Positions 39,250 through 50,297 of a DNA stretch of 64,000 nucleotides are shown here, one piece after another. The translations under genes and the position numbers were made by a program. The notes under the pieces were generated by a model. It worked only from the letters and a program-made list of their open reading frames with translations. It did no database searches and was not told where the DNA came from. Every line of letters begins with the position of its first letter. Positions within the stretch are counted from its first letter, which is position 1. The stretch comes from Bacillota bacterium (GTDB lineage Bacteria; Bacillota; Clostridia; Lachnospirales; Lachnospiraceae), in contig JAEZKA010000072.1 in the NCBI GenBank assembly GCA_023436225.1, forward strand, positions 406 through 64,405, written 5' to 3'.

Positions 39250-41330
39250 TGAAGAGCGAAATACAGGTTGGTTTTGTTGGTAATCCTAATTGTGGTAAAA
39301 CTACATTATTTAATGCTTATACCGGTGCTAATCTAAAAGTAGCAAATTGGCCGGGAGTTACAGTGGAGAAGAAGGAGGGCGCCTTCAAGTATCACGATCA
39401 TAAGTTTAAGCTGGTGGATTTGCCCGGTATCTATAGCCTTACCTCGTATACAATGGAGGAAAGATTGACCAGAGAATATATTCTTGATTCGAATGTTGAT
39501 GTCATTGTTAATATAGTGGATGCCTCCAGTCTGGAGAGAAATCTTTATCTTACGCTACAGTTAATCGAGCTTGGCAAGCCGGTAGTGCTCGCATTGAATA
39601 TGATGGATATTGTTGAAGAAAGAGGCATGGAAATTGATCTCCATCGTCTGCCCGAGATGCTTGGAATTCCGGTAATTCCAGTATCGGCAAGAAAGAAGAC
39701 CGGACTTGATATTCTGATGCATACCGTATCTCATCACAGGGATAAGAAATTGGATTATAACCTGGAGCATCATCATGAAAAGCGAAGCTTGAAGCATGAG
39801 GGTGATTATAAACAAAAGGACAGTAATAAGCATAAGCATGAACATCATAATGAGTATACGATTGTATACAGCGATGATATTGAGGATAAGATTGACGAAG
39901 TCAGCGAGCTGCTGAAAAGCAGATATGGTAATATTGATAATCTTCGTTGGCATGCTATTAAATTGATGGAAATGGATGAAGCCGTTATTGCAAAGTATCC
40001 ATTAGAGCTTACCAAGGTGATAAAGCACAGCTATGAAGGAGATATCATCAACCAAAAATATGACTTTATAGAGGAGATTATAGAGGAGGTACTTGTTAAT
40101 AAGCATAAAAAAGCGGCCTCCACCGATAAGATAGATCGTATTTTAACGCATCGTCTCCTTGGACTTCCTATTTTTCTTGGTATCATGGCGCTGGTATTTT
40201 TCTTTACTTTCCAGATTGGTGATTTAATCAAGGGGGTATTTGAGGTAGGTTTAGGGGCTTTTTCCAACGGAGTTCTATATGTACTTAATAGCATTCACGC
40301 AGGATATTTCATAACCTCATTGATTGTTGATGGAATTATAGCAGGAGTGGGTGGTATATTAACCTTTCTCCCGAATATATTCATACTATTCCTTGCGTTA
40401 GCCTATCTGGAGGATAGTGGTTATATGGCCAGAGTTGCCTATGTCATGGATGGCATCATGGGTAAGCTTGGGTTGTCCGGACGAGCATTTATCCCAATGC
40501 TGTTAGGTTTTGGCTGTACTGTTCCCGCAATAATGGCTTCAAGATCTTTAGAGAATATGAGGGATCGTAGAAAGACAATTCTGGTTACGCCCTTTATGTC
40601 CTGCAGTGCCAGACTTCCGATTTATGTATTGTTCTCCCAAATGTTTTTTGGGAAAAATGCAATGCTTGTCGCCTATTCCATGTACTTAATCGGTATCGTT
40701 GTGGCGGTACTGGTGGCCTTTGCTATGAGTAACAAATCAGACCGCAGTGTGGGAAATACTCTGCTGATTGAATTACCGGAATATAAGACACCGAATATGC
40801 GGACTATTTTTATCTATGTATGGGAAAAGGTAAAGGAGTACTTAACCAAGGCAGGAACCACTATATTTGCGGCATCTGTTGTGATTTGGTTTATCTTGAA
40901 TTTCGGTCCGAACGGTATGGTAAGCGATATGTCTGAGAGTTTCGGTGCTATGATCGGCATGACAATAGCTCCTGTATTAAAACCTGCAGGTCTGGGAATG
41001 TGGCAGGTTGTTGTTGCCTTGATTTCCGGTATCGCTGCAAAGGAGGTTGTAGTATCCAGCTTCAGTGTGCTGTTCCAGATCGGAAATATCACATCTCCCG
41101 AAGGAATGGCCAGTTTAACCGAGATTCTGGCGAATTACGGCTTTGGTGCCTTAAATGCTTATGCCTTGATGGTATTCAGCCTTTTGTATATTCCATGTGC
41201 AGCAACCATAGGTGTTATTCAGAGAGAAATGCGATCTGCAAAGTGGACCATATTCACGATTTTCTTTCAACTAGGTGTTGCGTTATTGGTATCAACCCTG
41301 ATCTATCAAATAGGCAGTCTGTTCCTATAA
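39249..41330 (+). CDS. feoB: Ferrous iron transport protein B
   Basis: GNPNCGKTT, NWPGVTVE, DLPGIY, GFGCTVPA, PFMSCSAR. Confidence 0.95.
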   Translation: MKSEIQVGFVGNPNCGKTTLFNAYTGANLKVANWPGVTVEKKEGAFKYHDHKFKLVDLPGIYSLTSYTMEERLTREYILDSNVDVIVNIVDASSLERNLYLTLQLIELGKPVVLALNMMDIVEERGMEIDLHRLPEMLGIPVIPVSARKKTGLDILMHTVSHHRDKKLDYNLEHHHEKRSLKHEGDYKQKDSNKHKHEHHNEYTIVYSDDIEDKIDEVSELLKSRYGNIDNLRWHAIKLMEMDEAVIAKYPLELTKVIKHSYEGDIINQKYDFIEEIIEEVLVNKHKKAASTDKIDRILTHRLLGLPIFLGIMALVFFFTFQIGDLIKGVFEVGLGAFSNGVLYVLNSIHAGYFITSLIVDGIIAGVGGILTFLPNIFILFLALAYLEDSGYMARVAYVMDGIMGKLGLSGRAFIPMLLGFGCTVPAIMASRSLENMRDRRKTILVTPFMSCSARLPIYVLFSQMFFGKNAMLVAYSMYLIGIVVAVLVAFAMSNKSDRSVGNTLLIELPEYKTPNMRTIFIYVWEKVKEYLTKAGTTIFAASVVIWFILNFGPNGMVSDMSESFGAMIGMTIAPVLKPAGLGMWQVVVALISGIAAKEVVVSSFSVLFQIGNITSPEGMASLTEILANYGFGALNAYALMVFSLLYIPCAATIGVIQREMRSAKWTIFTIFFQLGVALLVSTLIYQIGSLFL

Positions 41331-41388
41331 GAACCTGGCTCATATTTTAGAGCTGTGACATATACTTATTAAGGAAGGAGAATGGTAT

Positions 41389-41532
41389 ATGGCAGGTATT
41401 ATTCTAGGTATTTTGATTATTGGATACACGGGTTATGTAATATATAAGAAAACAAAGGATGTGAAGGCAGGGAAATCCTGTTGCGACGGATGTTCCTCTT
41501 GCCAAGCAAAGGATAAGTGCGGAAAGATTTAA
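41389..41532 (+). CDS. FeoB-associated Cys-rich membrane protein (absent from the ORF track)
   Basis: MAGIILGILIIGYTGYVIYKKTKDVKAGKSCCDGCSSCQAKDKCGKI, AAGGAG RBS. Confidence 0.85.
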   Translation: MAGIILGILIIGYTGYVIYKKTKDVKAGKSCCDGCSSCQAKDKCGKI

Positions 41533-41986
41533 GAACTGTTTTGTTAATATAAAATTCATTGTTATCCGAGTAATAGTTTATCTCAGGAATTGCTGTAGCA
41601 TCCGATTATGTAGTTAAATATCGCGTGATGGGTGACAATAATAAACATATGATGTTTGCATGTTGATTAATCTTATCAATTACGCATCTGATAACCGAAT
41701 ATAATAGAATTGAGGCTTACCCATCGTCGAACATTTATTTCGTCAAGCGTTCGATAGTGCATAAGCCTCCTTTTGCTTTAAAGTACAACCTGAAAAATAT
41801 TCTCATGTCCTTGTCGACCTTTGTTAACGGAATCTTTTTAAGGTATGTAGCTAAAAGCAATGATGATATCTTAATTTGTTTAAAAATAAAAAAGGAAATG
41901 GAAGTAACGTGTAGAATATTAGTAGTATGAGTTTAGATTCGTCTTTTAAGCATCGTGTTGCGGTAGTTGGTAAGGGAGGGATTGAT

Positions 41987-43009
41987 ATGGAACAAAGAAT
42001 TAATATCAGACAGAAGCTTGAAATTAGGGAACACGAGATACTCTGTCCCTATGCTGCATTTTCTGACCAATCTCTTGGTAGGGATCGATATGAAGAGCCC
42101 TGTGATATCCGACCGGCATATCAAAGAGATCGGGATCGTATCCTGCATTCCAAGGCATTTCGCAGATTAAAGCATAAAACTCAGGTTTTTTTGGCACCCG
42201 AGGGTGACCATTACCGAACCAGACTAACACATACCTTAGAAGTATCGCAGATAGCTAGAACGATAGCTAAGGCGCTACTGCTTAATGAAGATTTGACAGA
42301 GGCAATTGCCTTAAGTCATGACTTAGGACATACACCATTTGGACATGCCGGAGAGAGAGCTCTAAGCCGCGTATGCCCGGAAGGCTTTCAACATCATTTA
42401 CAGAGCATTCGTGTTGTTGAAATATTAGAAAATCACGGCAAGGGCCTTAACCTTACGAAGGAAGTCAGGGATGGGATAAGGCACCATCAGACAGAAGGAA
42501 ATCCATCCACACTAGAGGGTAAGATTGTTAGGCTGTGTGATAAGATTGCTTATATCAATCATGATATCGATGATGCAATCCGTGGTCAGATTATTAGAGA
42601 AGAAGAGATACCAAAGGAGTTCACTGATATACTTGGACACAATCTGGGAAAGAGATTGGATACTTTGATTCATGATATTATAACAAACAGTGAGAATAAA
42701 AACGATATCATCATGTCTAACGATATCCTTGTGGCAATGAAGAGGCTGAGGGAATTCATGTTCCAAAGTGTTTATACTAATAAAAAAGCAAAGAACCAGG
42801 AAGAACAGGCGGAACGCCTTCTGGAGACCTTGTTTCTTTATTACTTAGAGCATCTGGAGAAGCTTCCCGAGGAATATCTACAGAGAATGAAGGGATTGGA
42901 TGAACCACCGTACCGCGTTGTATGCGATTATGTTGCAGGAATGACGGATCGTTACGCGGTAACTAAATTTAAAGATTTAATGATTCCCTCCGCTTGGAGT
43001 GTATATTAA
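41987..43009 (+). CDS. dGTP triphosphohydrolase-like protein
   Basis: FRRLKHKTQVF, RTRLTHTLEV, HDLGHTPFGHAGE, DYVAGMTD. Confidence 0.9.
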   Translation: MEQRINIRQKLEIREHEILCPYAAFSDQSLGRDRYEEPCDIRPAYQRDRDRILHSKAFRRLKHKTQVFLAPEGDHYRTRLTHTLEVSQIARTIAKALLLNEDLTEAIALSHDLGHTPFGHAGERALSRVCPEGFQHHLQSIRVVEILENHGKGLNLTKEVRDGIRHHQTEGNPSTLEGKIVRLCDKIAYINHDIDDAIRGQIIREEEIPKEFTDILGHNLGKRLDTLIHDIITNSENKNDIIMSNDILVAMKRLREFMFQSVYTNKKAKNQEEQAERLLETLFLYYLEHLEKLPEEYLQRMKGLDEPPYRVVCDYVAGMTDRYAVTKFKDLMIPSAWSVY

Positions 43010-43170
43010 GACGGTATCATATACATTACTATAATCATAAAGGATAACGATTCAAAACATTGGAATGAACCAAAGCTGAGAGTAAGTCAGTTTAGAACCT
43101 GTTTTTAATTGTTATAATTAATAATATTTATGAGGTAAAATTAATTCTAGTTAGATGGGAGGAGCGCATA

Positions 43171-44964
43171 ATGTTATATTCGGATGAGTTGTTGGAAGAA
43201 ATAAGAAGCAGAAATGATATCGTAAGCGTTATCGGCTCCTACATAAGATTACAGAAAAAGGGCAGTAATCACATGGGACTTTGCCCGTTTCATAATGAGA
43301 AAACTCCCTCCTTTTCAGTCAGCGCATCAAAACAGATGTATCACTGCTTTGGCTGTGGGGTTGGTGGCAATGTATTTACTTTTGTTATGGAATATGAGAA
43401 CTATTCCTTTCTGGAAGCTCTACGATTTCTTGCAGAGCGGGCAGGGATAGCTCTTCCGGAGCAGGAGCTAAGTGAGGAGCAGAGACGTCAATCCGATTTA
43501 AAGGGAAGACTTTTGGAAGTAAATAAGCAGGCGGCTATGTATTTTTATTACCAGTTTAAGAATTCCGAAGGACAAGCAGCATACGATTATTTAGTAAATA
43601 GAGGATTATCTGAAGATACAATAAAGCATTTTGGATTAGGCTATTCCAATCGTTATAGTGATGATTTGTATCGATATCTGAAGAAGGTTGGATATGAGGA
43701 TGAGTTTTTATCCCAGACAGGATTGGTGACGATCGATGAACGTCTGGGTGGTAGGGATAAATTCCGGGATCGGGTCATGTTCCCGATCATGGATGCCAAT
43801 CATCGCGTCATTGGCTTTGGTGGACGTGTTATGGGCAATGCAGGTCCGGAGGTGCCCAAGTACCTAAATACTCCGGAGACAAGAATTTTTGAAAAAAGCC
43901 GTAATCTTTATGGTTTGAATTTTGCAAAGGCCTCCAGAAAGACTTATTTTTTGATTTGTGAGGGTTACATGGATGTTATTGCACTGCACCAGGCTGGCTT
44001 TACCAATGCAGTGGCAGCTCTTGGAACGGCTTTCACTGGTTTCCATGCGAACCTGTTAAAGCGGTATACCAATGAAGTATTATTAACCTTCGATAACGAT
44101 CAGGCGGGAACCCAGGCTGCACTTCGTGCAATACCGATTTTAAAGGATGCTGGCTTGTCAATTAAGGTAATTAATATGAAGCCCTATAAGGATCCGGATG
44201 AATTTATTAAGGCTCTTGGAGCGGAGGAGTTCCAGAAAAGAATTACGGAGGCAAGGAGCAGCTTTTTCTTCGAGATAGATGTCCTTCAGAGGGAATATGA
44301 CCTGTCTGATCCGGAGCAGAAGACGAAGTTCTTCCATGAAACTGCAAGAAGACTTACTGGTTTTAGTGAAGAGCTAGAACGAAATTTTTATATCGATGCG
44401 GTTGCCAAATCATATCAGATTGATGTGGAGCAGCTTCGTAGGCTGGTGAATAAGATTGGCTCCCAGATTGTAGTTGGAATAAATGAAACGAAGGAGTCCA
44501 GAGGTGAAACAACCAGAAGTAGAAAAAAACCAGAGGATGGAATATCTAAGTCCCAGAGGCTTATGTTGACCTGGCTTATTGAAGATATAACCTTGTTTGA
44601 TAAGATTAAGGGGATTTTGGGACCGGAGGATTTTACTGAGGGTATCTACAAAGAGGTTGCCAGACTTGTGTTTGAACAGTATGAGAGGGAACAAGCGGTA
44701 AATCCGGCAAAAATTATTAACTGCTTCGAAAGTAAGGGGGAGCAATCAGAGGTGGCGGCGCTGTTTTCTGCAGGGATTCATGGTGACATGGATGAGGCCG
44801 GATGGCATAAGGCATTAACCGATACGGTAATGAGACTAAAGGAGAACAGCCTAGATATGCAGAGCCAAAAAGCGATCGAAATAAATGATACGGTTTTATT
44901 GATGAAAATAATTGCTGAGAAGACAGAACTAAAGAAGCGTAGTATCACCTTTACAAATTCATGA
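43171..44964 (+). CDS. dnaG: DNA primase
   Basis: CPFHNEKTPSF..CFGC zinc finger, KYLNTPET, EGYMD, FDND TOPRIM. Confidence 0.95.
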   Translation: MLYSDELLEEIRSRNDIVSVIGSYIRLQKKGSNHMGLCPFHNEKTPSFSVSASKQMYHCFGCGVGGNVFTFVMEYENYSFLEALRFLAERAGIALPEQELSEEQRRQSDLKGRLLEVNKQAAMYFYYQFKNSEGQAAYDYLVNRGLSEDTIKHFGLGYSNRYSDDLYRYLKKVGYEDEFLSQTGLVTIDERLGGRDKFRDRVMFPIMDANHRVIGFGGRVMGNAGPEVPKYLNTPETRIFEKSRNLYGLNFAKASRKTYFLICEGYMDVIALHQAGFTNAVAALGTAFTGFHANLLKRYTNEVLLTFDNDQAGTQAALRAIPILKDAGLSIKVINMKPYKDPDEFIKALGAEEFQKRITEARSSFFFEIDVLQREYDLSDPEQKTKFFHETARRLTGFSEELERNFYIDAVAKSYQIDVEQLRRLVNKIGSQIVVGINETKESRGETTRSRKKPEDGISKSQRLMLTWLIEDITLFDKIKGILGPEDFTEGIYKEVARLVFEQYEREQAVNPAKIINCFESKGEQSEVAALFSAGIHGDMDEAGWHKALTDTVMRLKENSLDMQSQKAIEINDTVLLMKIIAEKTELKKRSITFTNS

Positions 44965-45098
44965 CTATAGAAAGTCTGCGGATTTATGATCCTTATATGG
45001 AGTCAGATAATATCGAAACGCTGGGCAAATACAAGAATTGCATATTTTATCAAATGATGGTTAAAATATAATAAGAGTCAAAGAAGGAAGGATTATCT

Positions 45099-46196
45099 AT
45101 GGACGAAAGTATAATTAAGTTTACGGAAAGGCTTAAGGAATTATTAGTTTTTGCCGAAAAGAAGAAGAATGTCCTCGAGTTTCAGGAAGTAAATGATTTC
45201 TTCGCAGATATGGAGCTTGACCCCGGGAGGATTGAGAAGATCTACGATTTTTTGGACAAGCATAACGTTGATGTTCTAAGAATTTCCGAAGAGGATGAAG
45301 AAGACATTATTCTAGAGGGTGATGAAGAACTCGAGCCCCTGGATCTGTCGATTCCAGAGGGAATCAGCATAGAAGATCCTGTCCGTATGTACCTGAAGGA
45401 AATTGGTAAGGTACCTTTGTTGAGTGCTGATGAAGAGATTGAGCTTGCAAGAATGATGGAGGATAGAGACGATGGCTATGCAAGGAAACGTCTTGCGGAA
45501 GCAAACCTACGTCTGGTTGTGAGTATTGCAAAACGATATGTAGGTAGAGGAATGTTGTTCTTGGATTTAATCCAGGAGGGAAATCTTGGCCTTATTAAGG
45601 CTGTAGAGAAGTTTGATTATCGCAAGGGTTTCAAGTTTAGTACTTATGCTACCTGGTGGATCAGACAAGCTATCACAAGGGCAATTGCAGACCAGGCTAG
45701 AACAATTCGAATTCCGGTTCATATGGTAGAGACCATCAATAAATTAACCCGTGTTCAGCGTCAGCTTCTACAGGAGTTAGGACGAGAACCTTCTCCGGAG
45801 GAAATCAGTGAGGTAATGAATCTGCCAGTCGACAGAGTTCGTGAGATACAAAAGATTTCTCAGGAACCAGTATCTCTTGAGACTCCAATCGGTGAAGAAG
45901 AGGACAGTCATTTAGGTGATTTCATTCAGGATGATAACGTACCGGTACCGGCTGATGCAGCAGCATTTACCCTGTTAAAGGAACAGTTGGTTGAGGTACT
46001 AGGAACCCTAACCGAGAGGGAGCAAAAGGTTCTCAGACTTCGATTTGGTTTAGATGACGGGCGTGCACGTACTTTGGAAGAGGTGGGCAAGGAATTTAAT
46101 GTAACGAGGGAGCGTATTCGACAGATAGAAGCAAAGGCACTTCGAAAGCTAAGGCATCCTAGTAGAAGTAGAAAATTAAAGGACTATTTAGAATAG
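45099..46196 (+). CDS. rpoD: Primary sigma factor
   Basis: [41 protein letters not shown]. Confidence 0.97.
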   Translation: MDESIIKFTERLKELLVFAEKKKNVLEFQEVNDFFADMELDPGRIEKIYDFLDKHNVDVLRISEEDEEDIILEGDEELEPLDLSIPEGISIEDPVRMYLKEIGKVPLLSADEEIELARMMEDRDDGYARKRLAEANLRLVVSIAKRYVGRGMLFLDLIQEGNLGLIKAVEKFDYRKGFKFSTYATWWIRQAITRAIADQARTIRIPVHMVETINKLTRVQRQLLQELGREPSPEEISEVMNLPVDRVREIQKISQEPVSLETPIGEEEDSHLGDFIQDDNVPVPADAAAFTLLKEQLVEVLGTLTEREQKVLRLRFGLDDGRARTLEEVGKEFNVTRERIRQIEAKALRKLRHPSRSRKLKDYLE

Positions 46197-46249
46197 AAAG
46201 GTCTTTAAGCTTTACGGACCGTATATTTTCGAAAATAGAATTCATTGAT

Positions 46250-46330
46250 GAAGGGCAGTCTTATATGCTCCTGCAGATCGGATCGTGAAGAACTGATTTT
46301 TGGGAAGGTATAGGACAGCCCTTCTTTTTT
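46250..46330 (+). terminator. Long-hairpin terminator after rpoD
   Basis: GAAGGGCAGTC..GACAGCCCTTC followed by TTTTTT. Confidence 0.6.
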
Positions 46331-46544
46331 GCGTAAGTAAATGCATGAAGTGAAGTTGGGGTGTCGCAAAATTGGTTTTGAACTGGGTTAATATAATCTT
46401 TTAAGAGCAAAACTTATGTGGAAATCAGTCGGAAATAATGATAATATATATTAAATATCATAGGCTTCTGAGCACCTTGAGATCGTGAAATGGAACTAGA
46501 AGAGCCAGTGATAGTAATTAAATGAAAATGAAACGGAGATATAT

Positions 46545-47258
46545 ATGCAGCTTTCAAAACGCTTACATGCGGTGGCCAGTTTGGTTACTCCTGGTAGTAG
46601 GGTAGCTGATGTGGGGTGTGATCATGCTTATACATCAATCTATCTGATAGAGAAGGAGATAGCAGAAAAGGTCATTGCTATGGATGTGAATCAGGGACCG
46701 ATAGACCGAGCGAAAGATAATATTGAGAAATTTGGTTTTTCTAATCAAATTGAGATCCGTCGGTCCAATGGCTTGGAGAAATTACTGGAGGAAGAAGTAG
46801 ATACCATTTTGATTGCCGGAATGGGAGGCGCCTTAACAATACAGATTCTTGAAGAGAAGCAGGAGCTTGTACAGCAGATAAAGGAGCTGATTCTACAGCC
46901 TCAGTCTGAAATCAATAAGGTCAGGATCAAGCTACAGGAGCTGAATTTTGTGATTGTCAGAGAGAACATGGTCAAGGACGATGGTAAATTCTATATGATG
47001 ATGAAAGCAATTTCGAAAGGAATGGTATCAGAACCAGTCCAGTATGAGCTTACGAAGAAGGAGCATTTTTATTATGGTAGACTTTTATTAGAGGAGCAGC
47101 ATCCGATCCTTCGGGAATTCCTCTTATGGGATCATGAACTATGTGAAAATATTCTTCAAACCCTGAGAGCAGAGCAGACAGAGAATGCGAAGGCCAGGGA
47201 AAAAGAGATAGAAGAGAAGATCGCTTTGATTCGTTGTGGGTTGGAATACTATAAATAA
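46545..47258 (+). CDS. trmK: tRNA (adenine22-N1)-methyltransferase
   Basis: LSKRL, ADVGCDHAY, IAGMGG, LILQPQ; usual position after sigA. Confidence 0.9.
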   Translation: MQLSKRLHAVASLVTPGSRVADVGCDHAYTSIYLIEKEIAEKVIAMDVNQGPIDRAKDNIEKFGFSNQIEIRRSNGLEKLLEEEVDTILIAGMGGALTIQILEEKQELVQQIKELILQPQSEINKVRIKLQELNFVIVRENMVKDDGKFYMMMKAISKGMVSEPVQYELTKKEHFYYGRLLLEEQHPILREFLLWDHELCENILQTLRAEQTENAKAREKEIEEKIALIRCGLEYYK

Positions 47259-47266
47259 AATAAGGG

Positions 47267-48949
47267 GTGATATATATGGAAGCAAAACAATTGAATGTTA
47301 GGGTTGAAATTAACGGGATGAATTATGAATATCCCAGCGGTACGTCACTTTTAGATATTAGCAGAGATTTTCAAAAGGAGTACAACAGTCAGATTATATT
47401 AGCTTTTGTGAATAATAAATTACGAGAGCTGTTTAAGCGGATAAATGACAATTGTTCGATCCGTTTTGTAACGGTAAGCGAGGATGCCGGGAGTAAGACC
47501 TATCAGCGAGGAATGGTACTGGTCATGCTTAAGGCGATTTATTCGGAGTTTGGTAATGAAAATGTGAAGAAGGTATCTGTGGAATATGCAATCAGTAACG
47601 GATTGTATTGCGATTATCAGGGGAAATTACCGATGACAGAGAAGCGTATTCTGGCGATTAAGAAGCGGATGACAGATATTGTCCAGAGAAATATACCATT
47701 TATGAAACGAAGTATCGGAACAGATGATGCAATTGAGTTGTTCCGTCGTTATCGCATGTATGATAAGGAGAAATTATTCCGCTATCGTAGAGTATCTAAG
47801 GCCAATATATACAGCCTTGACGGCTTTGAGGATTATTATTATGGTTATATGCCTCCAAGTTCAGGGATGCTGAAATGCTTTGATCTCATGCTTTATGATG
47901 GAGGCTTGCTGCTATTACTACCCAACAAGAAAAATCCCTCCGTATTAGAGCCTTTTGTTAATCAACCGAAGCTGTATGCGACCTTGAAGGAAGCTAATCA
48001 ATGGGCGCAAATGATGGATATTCCTAATGTAGGCGCACTCAATGATGTGATATCTAAGGGGAAATTAAATGAATTGATATTAGTTCAGGAGGCGCTACAA
48101 GAGAAGAAAATCAGCGATATCGCTGAAAGCATTAAAAAGGCGGGAGGAAAGAAATTCATCATGATAGCCGGACCCTCTTCATCGGGTAAGACGACATTTT
48201 CACATCGGTTAAGCATACAGCTAAAGGCCCACGGCTTAAAACCGCATCCGATTGCTGTGGATAATTATTTCGTAGAACGGGAAAAAACTCCGAAGGATGC
48301 GGATGGCAATTATAATTTCGAGGCGTTGGAAGCAATTGATGTTGAACAATTCAACAAGGACATGAATGAGCTGTTGGAGGGTAAGACAGTAGAATTGCCG
48401 ATTTTTAATTTTGTTAGTGGAAAACGGGAGTATAAAGGGGATATTCTGACCTTGGGTGCGGACGATATTCTGGTGATTGAGGGAATTCATGGTCTGAATG
48501 ATGCGTTATCCCATTCGCTACCGAGAGAAAGTAAGTTTAAGATATATATCAGTGCATTGACCCAATTGAATATTGATGAACATAATCGTATTCCTACCAC
48601 TGACGGGCGACTGCTCCGAAGAATGGTCAGAGATGCAAGAACAAGAGGGGCTTCCGCTCAGAAGACAATTTCTATGTGGCCTTCCGTCAGACGTGGTGAG
48701 GATGAGAATATTTTCCCTTTCCAGGAGGATGCAGATGTAATGTTCAATTCCGCTTTGATCTATGAGCTGGCAGTATTAAAGCAATATGCTGAACCGATTT
48801 TGTTTGGTATTGATCGTAATTGTCCGGAATATGTTGAAGCGAAGAGATTACTGAAGTTTTTGGATTATTTCATTGGTGCACCCAGTGAGACGGTACCGAA
48901 GAATTCGATACTAAAAGAATTTGTAGGTGGAAGTTGTTTTAAGGTATGA
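47267..48949 (+). CDS. Nucleoside (uridine) kinase family protein with ThrRS-like N-terminal region
   Basis: IAGPSSSGKTT, EGIHGLN, RLLRRMVRD, FPFQE. Confidence 0.85.
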   Translation: MIYMEAKQLNVRVEINGMNYEYPSGTSLLDISRDFQKEYNSQIILAFVNNKLRELFKRINDNCSIRFVTVSEDAGSKTYQRGMVLVMLKAIYSEFGNENVKKVSVEYAISNGLYCDYQGKLPMTEKRILAIKKRMTDIVQRNIPFMKRSIGTDDAIELFRRYRMYDKEKLFRYRRVSKANIYSLDGFEDYYYGYMPPSSGMLKCFDLMLYDGGLLLLLPNKKNPSVLEPFVNQPKLYATLKEANQWAQMMDIPNVGALNDVISKGKLNELILVQEALQEKKISDIAESIKKAGGKKFIMIAGPSSSGKTTFSHRLSIQLKAHGLKPHPIAVDNYFVEREKTPKDADGNYNFEALEAIDVEQFNKDMNELLEGKTVELPIFNFVSGKREYKGDILTLGADDILVIEGIHGLNDALSHSLPRESKFKIYISALTQLNIDEHNRIPTTDGRLLRRMVRDARTRGASAQKTISMWPSVRRGEDENIFPFQEDADVMFNSALIYELAVLKQYAEPILFGIDRNCPEYVEAKRLLKFLDYFIGAPSETVPKNSILKEFVGGSCFKV

Positions 48950-49321
48950 GCAGCACGATAAGCCGGGTTATGTCTTGGATGATCATCTATCTTGACCACA
49001 TGTTACCATGTGGCTCCAGTACCGCTTTCGCGAGTACTACGCGACCTACCCTAAAGCACGGCGGGCAGCCGTATCGCTTTATGTTCGGTCTTGCTTCGAG
49101 TGGGGTTTACATAGCCCCTACTGTTACCAGTAAGGCGGTGGTCTCTTAAGCCACCTTTCCATCCTTACCAGAGAGAAATGTTTGCAAGCAATCATTTTCT
49201 CTGGCGGTATATTTCTGTTGCACTAGCCTTGGAGTCACCTCCACCGGACGTTATCCGGCACTCTGCCCTATGAAGCCCGGACTTTCCTCACCTTTGTTAG
49301 GCGCGATCATCTATGCTACTC
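48948..49321 (-). ncRNA. rnpB: RNase P RNA, type A
   Basis: Minus strand has GAGGAAAGTCCGGGCT near the 5' end and AGACATAACCCGGCTTA at the 3' end, with complementary termini. Confidence 0.95.
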
Positions 49322-49392
49322 ACAGGTTGTATTCTAACACGGACTAAGTAAAAAGTAAATCAGAAACATATGGAATGAATAATTTATTGTAA

Positions 49393-49548
49393 CCACTAAC
49401 CGCTTTATATTATGCTTATAGCAGCCCGTAAATCGGACAACTCACACAGGAACCGAAGAAGGATTAGCAAGTGCTTCTCTTTTAAATGGTTCCTGTGCTC
49501 AGACAAATCCGATTTACGGGCTTGTCGCATATTATAAAGCGGAAGTGG
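49393..49548. repeat. Long imperfect inverted repeat (about 155 bp)
   Basis: Perfect stems CCGCTTTATA, AGCCCGTAAATCGGA and CACAGGAACC separated by internal loops. Confidence 0.85.
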
Positions 49549-50297
49549 CAGTAAGGAACCTTCCTGATCTAAAATAATATAAGAGCATGCCCCGGCCGCT
49601 GGTTATGCGGTACCCCGGCATGCTTCCTGACTGTGTGAATGACTTTACAACAATATGTGATATTATTGAGATAACGCTTTATTGATAGAGATACATATAA
49701 TCGACGGTGGCTGTATGGATTGGATATTAATATGAGCCAATTAGTATGAATAAAATTTATGTAAGTAAAATTTATGTGAGTAATATATATGTGTACATAT
49801 ATAATGAAGATGGTGATGCATAAGTCTGATATGGGAAATTGTATAAGAATATTGAATGAATGGGTGAAAGGTAGATATGGATTTTGCAAGAAGGATGGTT
49901 AAGGAGGTTGTACGTATTATTAAGAAAATTTTAAAGATTTTTGATTATGGATATGTTATGATTATGATAATATAAGAAAGATGAATCCCGAACTGTATTT
50001 GGAATATTTAAATGAGTAAGGATTATATAATAAAGAGTTTTGTAGTTGTAAATAAAGAAAAAACCCTGGGAAGAGCTACATCAAAGAAGCAGGACGTTTG
50101 GGCTGGTGTAAATTATTAAAAAGCATAATTCACATTTTGTAGTTTGTGCCTGCAAAAGCCTCGTATCAAACTAATACAAAGGGCAGGTATGATAGGATAG
50201 TGTGAATACAGAATTTAGCAAGCACAATTGTACGCATTCACAGTGTGATAGTGTACTTGACATTTATTTTATGGGTTTTAAGAAAGGTATGATCATT

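Noticed and set aside
48946..49149. 67-aa ORF on the + strand
   Set aside because: Antisense to RNase P RNA; a typical spurious call
49569..49889. 106-aa minus-strand ORF and the short approximately 15-bp AT-rich repeats near 49746-49795
   Set aside because: Ile/His/Thr-biased translation of AT-rich intergenic DNA; repeats are short, degenerate and low-complexity
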